From Octopus vulgaris (lineage: Eukaryota): a stretch of DNA of 64,000 nucleotides. The notes below the pieces were generated by a model, which did no database searches, was not told where the DNA came from, and worked only from the letters and a program-made list of their open reading frames with translations. The stretch covers positions 96,906,001-96,970,000 of the forward strand of contig OX597819.1 in the NCBI GenBank assembly GCA_951406725.2. The letters run 5' to 3'. Both the position numbers and the translations under genes were made by a program. Below are positions 39,523-52,596 of the stretch, one piece after another (position 1 is the stretch's first letter; each line of letters starts with the position of its first letter).

Positions 39523-40315
39523 CGTGTGTGTGTGTGAGTGTGTACATACTTGCATATATACGTACATACGTAATGTAAATATATGCTTGTTGCTTTACTT
39601 TCTTTTTTGTCCGATACAATAACCCTGAGCTAACCCTAGTCAACTAGGGGGTAGGGTAACGTTGACACTATGGTTAATTATCAGATTAGAAACTCAAAGA
39701 TTAATCGTTGGAATTGAAGAAACATTGAAAGACCCTGAAAGACACGATTCCGATAAAGGAGTGGAGAAATATTTCGACAGTGGTGGCAAGCGGAGTAATC
39801 TGGTGCGTGTGAGCACATTTGTGCCTCATAGATGGTTTAGCACCAACAGTTTGGGCTGAAGTATCACACACATCAGTAAAGAAAAACCTTTGAAGAAGGA
39901 GACAGGATGGGGGTGAAAGGAAGAAAAAAGGGTGAGTGAAGGATGAGGGAATAGGACTGTAGAAAGCAATTTATGAAATGAAAAATATGCAAAGCGTAGT
40001 ATTTGAGAAGAGGTGACGTAGGAGAGAGAAAACCGAGGAAGATTTAGTAACAGAGAGAGAGAAAGGAAAAATAAAGCAACATCAAAACAAACAAACGAAC
40101 AAACAAATAAATCAGATATCATATTTGATGAATCATTCTTGTGTGTAAAGAAAAAGTGTTCAAAGTTCAACACAGAATATGTTTGAAATATGGAATAAAT
40201 CTACAAATGGAAAGCAACGTTTAAAGATTAATCTGATTATCTCTAAGAAAAATGGCATAGAAGCAGAAGAAGCAAACTAAGAACAAAAAAAAGAAGATTA
40301 TTATTATTATTATTA

Positions 40316-40374
<59 letters not shown>

Positions 40375-40598
40375 GATTGGCAATTGATGGAACGGAAGCG
40401 GTGTTGGTAGGAGGAATAAAAGAAGAAATAGGTAAAAACAAAAATGAAAGTAAATTAAATGTTGTTATGTGAAGTATTCAAGATTTTCTTTGATTCTGAC
40501 ATCAAAGCACCGCTCCAAGGACATCCACTTCTACTTCATCCTTCATCTCTGCTGGTGTTACCTTAACCTTCTTTTACTTCATCATCATCATCATCATC

Positions 40599-40649
<51 letters not shown>

Positions 40650-40754
40650 TATGTGGAAATTGAGTTTTACCTCCAGTGCATACATGTACGTGTGAGTATC
40701 TGTGATGCATAATGTTTTGTATTAGAACAGTGTCATAATGATATCGTTATATGC

Positions 40755-40835
<81 letters not shown>

Positions 40836-41892
40836 GAGAGAGAAAGAGAGAAAGAAAGAAAGAGAGGGAGAGAGGGAGAGAGAGATGCTTTCGAATGTGC
40901 GTGTGTGTGTGTGTGTATACAAATATTTAACTGGAAGAGTATAACCATTTTACAAAGTGAAATATTGCTGAAAACTATTATTTTAGTTTAATAATATGGG
41001 AAGGAAATTATAATACAAAAAGATTAAAGCAAAATTTGAAAATGTTGTATAGGCTTGAAGCCAAAGGCTTTTTTCTCATCTAATTCCGGCTATTTTTCAT
41101 TTTTCTTTCAAACTCTGATTCCTTCAAAGCTGTCTGAGAATATAAATTAAATTTCTAGGTTGGCTGGGTCATTGATTCTAAAGGAGAAACATGGAGTATT
41201 TTAATGTTATATGAAGTTGAGAGAGAGCAGGGGAAGAAAACACATTTGTTTTGATGTCTATTTTCTTCCATATTTGGTTTTTAATGTTTCAACCGTCACG
41301 ATCTCCAGTGGCTCTGTTTCTGACATATGGCTACAGTCGTGTTTATTTATTGGTTGGTTTAACGTGGAGAATCAGTAGCTCTATAACTCTTGTGAGATCT
41401 GTCAGGTTAGTGAGGTTGAACATCTGGAGATCGGTGGGGTAATTTATGAGGTTACGGGTAGGTAGAGAATTTCCAAAGGGACACGTTCTGTGGAGGTTTG
41501 TGAAAGAGAAAAGTGTTCTGAGGATGGGATCGGGCTATGCGAGTGATGAGAGTGAGAAATAGCAAGGAGGGGCAGAATGGTTTCGGTACGAGTTAACCGT
41601 ATTAATATAATTATTACTTCTTTTGCTGTTTTATTTAACCCCTCATATTGGTTATAAATCACCAAATTCAGCAGTACTCTAACTTTCCCGGGTTTTTGGA
41701 CAATGTAGGAGAAATCACGAAGCCTGTAACCGCCTCGTTTGGGTGCAAGGCCGTGACCTACAAGTTTGAATATACACACATTCAGTTTTATAAACCAAAA
41801 TATATTCAACCGATTCTATGTGCCGAGTGCTAAATAAATGCACTTAGATAGAGGGAGAGTTCATTGGAGATATCGATAAGTTCTATTTGTGT

Positions 41893-41923
41893 GACAGCTG
41901 TTTCAGGCCTTGGCCTTCTTCAG
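41893..41923 (-). ncRNA. Minimal hammerhead ribozyme motif with canonical core
   Basis: CTGAAGA-AGGCC aa GGCCT-GAAA-CAGCTG-TC. All conserved core nucleotides are present, stem III is palindromic and the triplet is GUC; stem I is weak or bulged. Confidence 0.6.
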
Positions 41924-42089
41924 AAAATAACAGAAATAATAAAGCGTGTTGTTTGCAAGTAAAATTTCGCAGTAATTGAATTTATTGATCTCTTTCTTAT
42001 GAACAATACAATTTACTAATAGTTTTTTCACATCTCGAATTTTAACCCACTTAAATATAAATTTATTTCTTACAGTTTTTCTTAATAGT

Positions 42090-42548
42090 TAGTAACCATT
42101 AGAAGCATCTAAGTAAATAGTTTTGATAGAACTCTCCCTTCCATGAGCGGACCGCATCGAGGAAATGAATGATAATAAGAGAAATAAATATACTGAGCTG
42201 GTAAAACTATGCCAAAGCAATGGGTAGCAGGTAATATGTGGTCCATCTGGGGTGAAATGCAGCGTATTTGCAGACAAGTCTTTTTGCAGAGCTTACAACA
42301 TGCTTAGCACCAAAGAGGCCAGTAGGCAGAGAATCATCAGGATGACTGTGGAAATAACAGAGGTTGCCTCAAGGTTGTTGAGGATCAGATGATGCAAACC
42401 TGGAAGAAGTGCTAACTGGATACAAGCTAGAGCTTGATCAAACCTGGTTGGGTCCTACGAGTGATAGTATCTAATGTTGGAAGACTCGAAACACCGAGTG
42501 ACCCTAGAAAACATCACCACACCACAGGATGATGTACAATGATGTATG
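42090..42548 (+). mobile_element. Hero (NeSL/R2-like) non-LTR retrotransposon 3' fragment
   Basis: EASK*IVLIELSLP*ADRIEEMNDNKRNKYTELVKLCQSNG*QVICGPSGVKCSVFADKSFCRAYNML..ASRLLRIR matches the Hero REL pattern 'ELTVPWE.RIEEA.ERKRAKY.ELV..C...GW...C.P.EVGCRGF', followed by a structured 3' UTR. Confidence 0.8.
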
Positions 42549-42941
42549 AAAAGAAAAATTTTGTTTTGACAGCTTCGAGGAATAAAGAACGTGGATAGTC
42601 TCTTCTGCCATCGACGATACATTTTTCCTATTTTCGACGACAAGATCCACAAATGAGGCAACCATTCCAGCTTAGAGATATTTTAATCGATAACTTAATT
42701 CGGGCAGCAAATGACAAAGTGTGTTTGATTGATTACAAATCAGAAATGTTATGACAATGTAGTCGAAGCATAACAACTTCATAAATTGTTATGTCACCTC
42801 TGTCACACGCAATTCCTCAACGTCGATGTTTCTATCCAAATTAAATTTCAGTCTATTCTCTATCAAGTAATATATGTATGTGTGCGTGTGTGTGTGCATG
42901 TTGTATGTATGTATCGATATAAATATAGATATATACATATA

Positions 42942-43023
<82 letters not shown>

Positions 43024-44003
43024 TGTATGTATGTATGTATGTATGTATGTATGAGTTTATGTGTGTTATGTATATATGTATATGTGTGTATGCATGTGTG
43101 TATCTATGTATGTAGGTATGAATGTATATGTATGTCTTCATGGATGAGTATATAATATATATTACTCAGACGCCTATAAATACATACATATATATGTGTG
43201 TGTATTTGTAGGTGTATAAGTATATATACATATATGTACGCACACATACTCACATATATATACACTATAAGTACAAAAATAAACACACACATGCGTCTAT
43301 ATATGTGCGTGTGACAGAATGTCAGGATAAGAGCACGTACGCACACACACATACACACACACACACATACACACACACACACACATGTATACACACACTT
43401 TCGTAATTTTTTTTCTTTTTTGTGGGATGAAATATTTATTTGCTAGCTTTTAGAAAAGGCAAACTTAGCAATTTCACTGGAATATTTAAATAATTTTCTC
43501 GCCTGATTCATCTTTTAGTTATATTGGTTTGTATGAAATGAAGGTTCTGTTAATCTCACCTGATACCCATCAAACTGTATAGAATCTGTTCATTCAATAT
43601 GAATACCGTTTGAGGAAGATAAAACTACATTTGCAGTCTCTAGCGATGTAGTTCCTTTATAGCAACACCATTACTTTAGATTATGTGCAACCATGCATGA
43701 CACACACTGCACCATTCATGCATACTTTCCAATCAATATACAACCCCATGAAATTATTTTAGATTAATATTAGCATGTTTATGCATGTTTCCTATTATTG
43801 CACCTCGACAGCATTATATCATCTGTATCTCAAAGACGAGGCTGCACCTTGTATTAATAGAGTCCAAGCTGTCTAATCATTTTTATCGAAGCCCACATAG
43901 GGCAGCCTCTATTTCAACTCTGAACAGTTATCAACCCTATACCTCATTGGTTTCAGTGTGAGAGCACTTACTACATGTTTGGAGCGGAACAGTTTTAGTT
44001 ATT

Positions 44004-44228
44004 GAGCTGGCAGAATCGTTAGCACGCCGGGCGAAATGCGTAGCCGTATTTCGTCTGCCGTTACGTTCTGAGTTCAAATTCCGCCGAGGTCGACTTTGCT
44101 TTTCATCCTTTCGGGGTCGATAAATAAAGTACCAGTTACGCACTGGGGTCGATGTAATCGACTTAATCCCTTTGTCTGTCTTTGTTTGTCCCCTCTCTGT
44201 TTAGCCCCTTGTGGGCAATAAAGAAATA
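44004..44228 (+). mobile_element. SINE family A (young)
   Basis: Near-identical to the 2150 and 23806 copies. Confidence 0.9.
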
Positions 44229-44432
44229 TATATTTACAATGTGGACGCCATCCAAATAAAACATCAGACTATGAGTCTGGTTTTGCAAATCTTCTCAAAC
44301 AATCATGCCACAACCCCTAGCATACACACACACACACACACACACCACACATCACACACACACACACACAAATATTCTATCTTCTGTCTCTTCTCCAGCT
44401 GCATCAGTTCCTTGCTCCTCTTAAATAGAAAA

Positions 44433-44605
44433 CTATGTACCAACTTTTTCACTCAAATATGTACCATTCCTTACAGCCAGTTACGAACTACTCCACACAT
44501 TCAGTTATGTACCTTACCTGACATTCAGCTTTGTACCACCTCTTACACCTGGCTCTGTACTACTTCTTGCACCCAATTCTTTACCACTCCATATATCCTG
44601 TTCAC
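44433..44605 (+). repeat. Degenerate 24-bp minisatellite (~7 units)
   Basis: Units resemble 'tatgtaccactccttacattcagt'. Confidence 0.75.
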
Positions 44606-45117
44606 CTCCTTTCCTCATTCATAGTTTCTCACTCAATTTCCCCTCTAACTATCTCCTTCCCAAAACGGTAACCTTTTGGATCTTCCATAAAGGCATGAAA
44701 CTACCGAAGATCATACTCAACAAGAATTACATCAACTTCACCAGCCTGAGAAGCTTTGCAACAAAAGTTGTGGGAGTGCCTCCAACCCTCCACTTGGAAC
44801 TGTCCCTTCCATCAGAAGAAACTAGGTACCCTCCACCCACCAGTCTGAGAGAGTTTGCAAAAATTATGGGACTGTTCTCTCTCGCCGCCTAGAAAAGTTA
44901 GCAGATCGTGGGAATGGCTTCAAAGCATGGGCTACAATGCGAAATATTTGATTCGTGGTTTTGTTTATTTATTTGTTTTATTTTTATTTATTTATTTATT
45001 TATTTATTTATTTGATATTTGATGTTTCTGGCTGTTAAACTGATATTTTAAACTGATAAACGTTTTCATAAACCGAATACTAAAATTTCAATAGTAATTG
45101 GTAAATCTGTCGTTCAA

Positions 45118-45648
45118 TCTCTTCTCTCTATATATAAACGGTAGTTTGTCTGTCTGTGTGTCTGTATGTCTGTCAGGTTGTACCCTCACCCTGACCACGG
45201 CTTTCAACTGATTCTGATGAAACTTGACACACCCATAGCCCAATGTCATAATTCAAAACTAACGCAGCGAAAATTTTGAAAAGTTCCCCCAGTTCTGAAA
45301 AAAGATTGATAAATTCGACATGGGGTCTAGAATCTAAGCTTTTTATTTGCAACACATTTTCTGTTGTAGTTTTCGCAACTTGCAATCGATTTTCACCAAA
45401 CTCATGGTGAAGCTTAATGTTACCCTAAGAAAACTTAATTCTGACGTTAGTTTTCCATGCAATACCTTACCATCAGAAAAAATCGATAAAATCATGCCAT
45501 TTTGGGAAATCGCGTTCAAATTCAAGATGACATATTTTCGACAATATCTTTCACAAATTGGCAGGAATTTTTTTTTTAATTCACAGCGAGCATCATGTCT
45601 GCTCCAGGGACTCTTACATACCCGGGCAATGCCGGGCTATGCTGCTAG
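45118..45648 (+). mobile_element. Non-autonomous Helitron
   Basis: 5' A|TC..tctatatataaa, a GTCT microsatellite, 3' hairpin cccgg-gcaatg-ccggg (45621-45636) and a CTAG|T end; no TSD. Confidence 0.8.
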
Positions 45649-45869
45649 TATTTTATACAAAAATTTGGCTCAGGTTTGTTTAGGTTGAAATCCAGATTTC
45701 TACGCTGACTTCGTTTAATGAAAGCCATTGAGATTAAACAAGGATTCAGTGTGGACAGAGAAGAAATTGAACAGAAAACTTATAAATACCTTGACTCCAA
45801 CTTGTTATCGATGATTGACTTCCATATCAGTAACTCGAGCTTTCTCTCTCAATATTTAAGAAATTTAGT

Positions 45870-46078
45870 AAGGCGCCAAATTAGCAGAATCGTTGACAAA
45901 ATGCTTATCGACATTCTGTCCGTCTTTACGTTATGAGTTCCAAAACTGCCGAAGTCAACTTTGTCTTTCATCCTTTCGGGATCTTTAAAATAAAGTACCA
46001 GTTGAACACTGGAGTCAATGTTATTGACTTACCCCTCCCTTGAGATTGCTGGTCGTGTGCCAAAATTTAAAAGCAATA
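45870..46078 (+). mobile_element. Old SINE family A copy
   Basis: Diverged homology. Confidence 0.75.
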
Positions 46079-46852
46079 TTTAAGAAGGCAGTAGCTTAGT
46101 TCACAATGCCAAATATAAATCAAATAAATCCAATAATAGCCATCAATTTAAAATCCTGAATTTCTTTCAATTTTAAACCACTGCAATTAATTCTATTAAA
46201 TATTTCTATTTTTAATTAATTTTAAATAAATTTATAATCCGGAGTTGTCTTCCGTCCCTTTCTTAACTATAATTAGTCATAAAAATTAAAATGCTCTTAA
46301 AGTGAATTTAGTGTAAAATACTTCATATCACTGCAGGGTGTTGATAGATAGTTCTGTTCAGCAATAAAAATGTAGCCACACTTTCCCACAATCTCAATCT
46401 TCTTGCCAATATGTTCCATTACAAAAACCTTAACGGCTAAACTATTTTAAATATTGTGAAACAGTTGGTCCACCAAACTGTAATCAAACATGTTTCACCC
46501 TCATATATTCTTTTAGTGAATAACCGTCATAGTCGACCTTCAAATATCCTTTAAGTAATCGATTAATACATTATCTATTACTGACGTTGTTGCTTTTATG
46601 TAAACTTTAACGACGTCATAGCGTCTTTGTAGACGTCATAGCGTCTTTGTAGACTTCATAACAATATAAATCGTTATTATAATCATGCGATCTTACATAG
46701 ATAGGGACATAACAAGACAGAAAAATACAAAGAATGTTATATGAGTTCGAATGAGACTTAAAAATTTAGTTGTAATATGACATAAACGAGAACTTGGCTT
46801 ATTTTTGCCTTTAAACGAATTATTGGCTTACTTTCGCCTTTACAACGAGAAC

Positions 46853-46949
<97 letters not shown>

Positions 46950-47145
46950 ATTTTTAAAATGTCATAACTGAAGCAAGTACTCCAATACCCAACAAAACTG
47001 CACGTAGCCCAACACACATTGATACCACATCTGGTTGTATCGATCGTAGTTTATTTACACCTGATCAGCTTACAATTATTGACAGCTTTGAAATATCGAG
47101 GGGTGTGAACGGTAGTGCAAGAGGACACAGTATACTTTATTGTTA

Positions 47146-47532
47146 GTGGAGGCGCAATGGCCCAGTGGTTAGGGCAGCGGACTCGCGGTCATAGGATCGC
47201 GGTTTCGATTCCCAGACCGGGCGTTGTGAGTGTTTATTGAGCGAAAACACCTAAAAGCTCCACGAGGCTCCGGCAGGGGATGGTGGTGATCCCTGCTGTA
47301 CTCTTTCACCACAACTTTCTCTCACTCTTACTTCCTGTTTCTGTTGTACCTGTATTTCAAGGGGCCGGCCTTGTCACTCTCTGTGTCACGCTGAATATCC
47401 CCGAGAACTACGTTAAGGGTGCACGTGTCTGTGGAGTTCTCAGCCACTTACACATTCATTTCACGAGCAGGCTGTTCCGTTGATTCGGATCAACCGGAAC
47501 CCTCATCGTCGTAACCGACGGAGTGCTTCCAG
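47146..47532 (+). mobile_element. SINE family C (tRNA-derived), young, with 10-bp TSD
   Basis: TSD actttattgt at 47134-47143 and 47533-47542; nearly identical to 57078-57464. Confidence 0.92.
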
Positions 47533-47559
47533 ACTTTATTGTCACCATACATGTGCATG

Positions 47560-47595
<36 letters not shown>

Positions 47596-48178
47596 GCGCG
47601 CACAGACGCGTAGACACACACATACACACACACGTGCAAGAAGTGAAATTTAGTACAATACAAAAAATATGTATTGACCAATATAAAACCAAAAAGGAAG
47701 ACTTCAGTTGTCACTGATTGTGACTGACGGTGTAGGGTAACACCAATGTTGCTACAAATAATAGGTAAAAACCTTCTTAGCCGCAAAGAAGCACATGTCT
47801 CTGTACTGACAAGGGAGCTAACCACCACACAGCGAGCGAGATCACCATACTCGAATTCTAGTTTCGCTGGAAATTAAATCTCTTCAATGGTGACTACTCC
47901 CTCGCTGAATGGTTTGGCCAAATTCCGACTGTCAGTATATAGTATTTACCATATAAATCAATGGCTGATTCAGCAAAATGGTAATGTGAAAATTATGAAA
48001 TAACGTAGGTGGCTATAAGCAATATAAAACCAAAAACGAAGAATTCAGTTGTTACTAATAATGACTGACGATGCAGAGTAGCACCTACATTGCTAGAAAT
48101 AAGAGGTAAAAGTCCTCTTAACTGCAAAGAAGCATGTCTATGTATGTATGTATGTATGCATGTATGCATGTATGTATG

Positions 48179-48212
<34 letters not shown>

Positions 48213-48382
48213 TGTATGTATGTATGTATTATGTATGTGTGTATGTGTGCATGTGTATGTATGTATGTATGTGCGTGTGTGCATGAATATCTGTGTGTTC
48301 CTATGCATATAGTCTATATATATATATATATATACATATGTACTTATATATAGAATATATGCATAGGCACACACACATACTT

Positions 48383-48466
<84 letters not shown>

Positions 48467-48484
48467 GGTAGGTAGGTAGATAGG

Positions 48485-48562
<78 letters not shown>

Positions 48563-49879
48563 TATGAGAGAGAGTGGGGGGAGAGAGAGAATGCATGAAC
48601 CCCATATTTATGGACACTATGAGTATCGATAATATGACTGGACACTAATTGTGTAAACATAATAGAAATACATATCCACATTATATGTATATATGAGTAC
48701 TATATGTATATACTTGGCACATCTGCACACTATGTGTATGAACATTATTATCATCATCTCTTCCCACACTAACTCCTTCTTGCAAAATAACTGTACAGAT
48801 TCAGCAGAATTAAATCCACAAAACGCCTTTCTCTTCTTTATCACTTAGCCTCTCATCTTTCAGATTCCTATTAATGTCATATTCTTTGGTTTTACCATCA
48901 GCAAAACTACAGACTTTTTATCCTAATGGTTCCATTTACTTCTAACCGTGCTGGTGGTTGGTAAAGCGTTCTATGACGTAAGCTTCACAACAGCATATGT
49001 TGATAATTCTCATATACCACCCATATCTCTACAGTTTCCCTGTAGAACCTTATTTCTCACCTGATTCTCCAACCTCCTTACTCTCCATTAGCTTGATATC
49101 GCCACTAACTCATATCCTTCACTCTCGCGCACGCGCACGCGCTCTCCCACACACGCACGCACTCTGACATGCACATACTTACATATACATGCGCGCACAC
49201 ACACCCACACACACATACAGACTCTCATACCCATTCAACCACGCTCACACACTCTCAAAGCACGCACATACACGCACACAAAACACACACACACGCACAA
49301 CCGCACACATTCTCGCACGCACGCACGCACATTCACACACCACATACTCACACACGCACACACGCCTACACATGCGCACCAGTCAACGAAGGAGGCTGTA
49401 TGCAGTAGGTCAACTTGTTAGAAATAGAGAGAAATTTCGTTCAAATAACATCTTACATTTTAAAATGAAAGTAACACAGAATAATTAATATATGCTGTCC
49501 TTTAGATAAGATAGATCACAGCTTGAACGTGTATAATGACACCAAGTCCACTAGTTCAGACCCAGGGCTAAAAACTTACATTATACACCCCTCCCTTGAC
49601 AATCAGGCTGCATCCTCCAAAACTACGGCATCCTCTTCTTCAAGAAGTATTATGTAAACCTTGTCACACAGACTGAATAATTAAGTATAGTTCAAGATTT
49701 CCGTGTACAGAATTTTATATTAAATGTTTATAACATTTTAAATACGATTCAACCATGTTTAGCCTCACAGCTTAGTGGTAAAACTTTATGTTAAGGCAAT
49801 TTTTTTCCTGAGCGAGTCTCATTGAATAGTTATAAAACACAAACACTACGAATCTATCAGAGTCAACTATTATGTAATA

Positions 49880-50452
49880 TTCCTTTCTACTTTAGGCAAA
49901 AAGCCGGAATTTTTTTTTTGGTGGGGGTGGGGGTATTATCGATCACATCGTCCTCAGTGCTCAATAGTGCTTTATTTTATCGGCAGAATTTGAAATCAGA
50001 ACATAAAAGCTGGTAGAAATGCTTCTGAGCATTTTGACCAGCGTGCTCACAAGTCTGCCAGTTTTCCACTTTATTCTTATGTAATATTCTTATGCACAAG
50101 GCCCGAAATTTTCGGGGAGGGGGCCAGTCGACTAGATAGACCCCAGTACACAACTGATACTTAATTTATCGACCCCGAAAGGGTGAAAGGCAAAGTCAAC
50201 CTCAGCGGAATTTGAACTCAGAACGTAAAGACAGACGAAATACCACTAAGCATTTCGCCCGGTGTGCTAAATTCTTACATGATATTGGTTTCACACTTTA
50301 GCACAGAGCCACCAGTGGAGGGGTAAGTCGATCACATCGACCCCCAGTACTCACTGGTACTTATTTTATTGACCCCCAAAAGGATGAAAGGTTAAGTTAA
50401 TCTCGGCGGAATTTGAAGTTACAACGTCAAGATGGACGAAATGCCGCTAAGC
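49880..50452 (-). mobile_element. Cluster of three tandem family-A SINEs
   Basis: Copies at ~49880-50070, 50090-50270 and 50285-50452. Confidence 0.8.
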
Positions 50453-50663
50453 AACAAAAAAGGTGGAAATAGCAGCAGTGGAAGCAGTCAAGGAGTGCCT
50501 CAGAGAAATTAAGAACGTAGTTATATCCGTAATTCATTCGATATGTGTTTCTATGTACCCCAATGTATTGTTTCGTCTGTTTTTGTGTTGTCCCTTCTCT
50601 ATTGAGGCCTTGTGCCTAATTAAAGAAATAAGGACGTTGGTGTTACCTTGGCAGAGGTTTGTG

Positions 50664-52491
50664 TCACAGGCGGTTTGAGTTGTTTTTGGTTTTTTTTTGT
50701 CATGTTAGACGTTAGTCATAGTGTTAAATATTTGTTTGATTGATTGTTACTGTTCAAATTGTTGCTAGTGTTATTTTGAATTGTTTTTTCCCATTGTGAT
50801 AAAAATGGAGAAAACACCAGCAGGCGGCTGCTGTTATGCGGCTCCAACTGGAAAAGGGATAGACGTGGAAACGCTGGCGGTACAAGAAATAAAGGTTGAA
50901 CCTCGAAAAATGAAGGAATGCGAGAAGTTGAGGGGAAGAGACGAGAATACACTGAATACACCGCCTGTGGAACTAACAACTAATGTAATGGAAATAACGT
51001 TGATATATAAGACAATGACGATAGCAACAAGGAAAATAGAAATTGCGACAATAGAGGCTATTGAAGAATGTTTGAAGAATATAAAAAGACTAACCACGTT
51101 TATAACAAGAGGGAGAAAGTACGCTACTGTGGAGGTGCGTTTTGCATCAGAAGAGGAAGCAGTTAAGCACTCCACGGAAGTAATAAGATCAGAAGAATAG
51201 GTACTTTTGCCATCGTACTGTGGCAAACGTGTGGCCAGGGTGCGAGTTGGCAAATTGCCCCCAGAGTTGAAAGAAGTATGACTGATGACAGCTATAATGT
51301 ATGACATGAATGAGGAGGCCGAGATACTGAAGGTCACAAGAACCCAAAGAGTTAACTACTGGGGATATGGAATAGAGTTAACAGTTCAAGCAACAGTGGA
51401 AGACCTAAATAGAATTGTCGAAGAGCTAGTGCTGTCCGATGACGTAAGATTGAGAGTGGTGGTGGAGGGCAGGCCACCTATATGTTATACATGTGGGGAA
51501 AAGGGCCACATGAAGGCGAGGTGCCTCCAGAGGGAACAACAGATAGAGCAGACGGAGAGGGAGGAGAGCACGGACCAAGTGCTACAGGTCGAGATAAAGG
51601 AGAAAGCAACGGAGGAGGGGTTCACGGTGTTTAAAAAAAGAAGTGGGAGAGTGAGCTCTCCGCCAGAACAGTAGAAAGAGAAGAAAGAAGAGATGAAAAG
51701 GAGGAGACCAGAAGGAAGGAAGACGAAATGGTGGTGGATAAAATAAACGAAAAGGAACTTGAAGTGTTCGAGGAGGTGTTGCATAAGGAAAAGACATTGG
51801 TGAAGACACCGGTTGTTCCAGTGGAGGAAGAAAATTTAGAAACGCAACTGTAGAAACTGTTCAGAGTGGTGGAAGAAAAAAAGAAGGTACCATGAGCGGA
51901 GCCAGAAAAGAGAAAACTAATAAGAAAAGGAAAATTTCGATGCAATTTTGTGACGTACGCAAAAAGCAAAGAAACTGAAAAGAAAGTAATAGAGTTTAAA
52001 CATATTATAAGAGTAAATTTGCCTACGGATATGTATTCCGAGAATGTGAAGGTTATCGTGGTTGACAAGGACACCTATAACAAACTAAAAGATATGTGTG
52101 GAGAAAGGATTGACCCGCCAGGAGTGATGGTGGAGTTAGATGAATTGCCACCAGTAGTAGAGCTAAAAGATTTAGAACGTTTCATGAGATGTTAAAAGAA
52201 AAAAGTAAAATTGTTTTACTGAATAAAGAAGGAAAAAAGTAAAATTGTTTCATTAAAAAAATGAGGAAAAAAATAGGAAAAAACAATAAGATAATAGAAC
52301 GATTGTAAATAGTTTATATAAACGGTCAAATGATACTGCATGGGAGTGGGGCTCATGCAGCCATTTCATTTTTCATTTTTATATAACATCTCATTTTCAT
52401 TCGTTTTATGTTGTTGTCCCCACTGTGGTGTTGTGTCTGTCTTTGTAGTGTCCCCTCTATGTTGTGGCCATAGTGCCAAAATAAAGAAACA
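50664..52491 (+). mobile_element. ORF1-only non-autonomous Tx1/L1 derivative (HAL1-like)
   Basis: T-rich 5' UTR, one gag-like ORF1, ~300-nt 3' UTR with a Tx1-like end (aataaagaaac) and no ORF2; flanked by ttggcagaRgtttgYg (50648-50663 and 52492-52507). Confidence 0.7.
50805..52195 (+). pseudogene. L1/Tx1 ORF1 protein (CCHC zinc knuckle), disrupted by ~5 stops and a frameshift
   Basis: Contains GRKYATVEVRF, YCGKRVARVRVGKLPP and VVVEGRPPICYTCGEKGHMKARC (knuckle at 51483-51524). Stops at 51198, 51279 and 51672; the reading frame then shifts and continues to 52195. Confidence 0.8.
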
Positions 52492-52527
52492 TTGGCAGAA
52501 GTTTGCGCTCTCTGAGTACTCTTATTA

Positions 52528-52595
<68 letters not shown>

Positions 52596-52596
52596 G

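Noticed and set aside
46612-46660. 20-bp tandem duplication containing GACGTCA
   Set aside because: A simple slippage duplication; a regulatory role is unsupported.
47146-47225. tRNA-like sequences (here and at other SINE heads)
   Set aside because: They continue into SINE bodies with TSDs and are not standalone tRNA genes.
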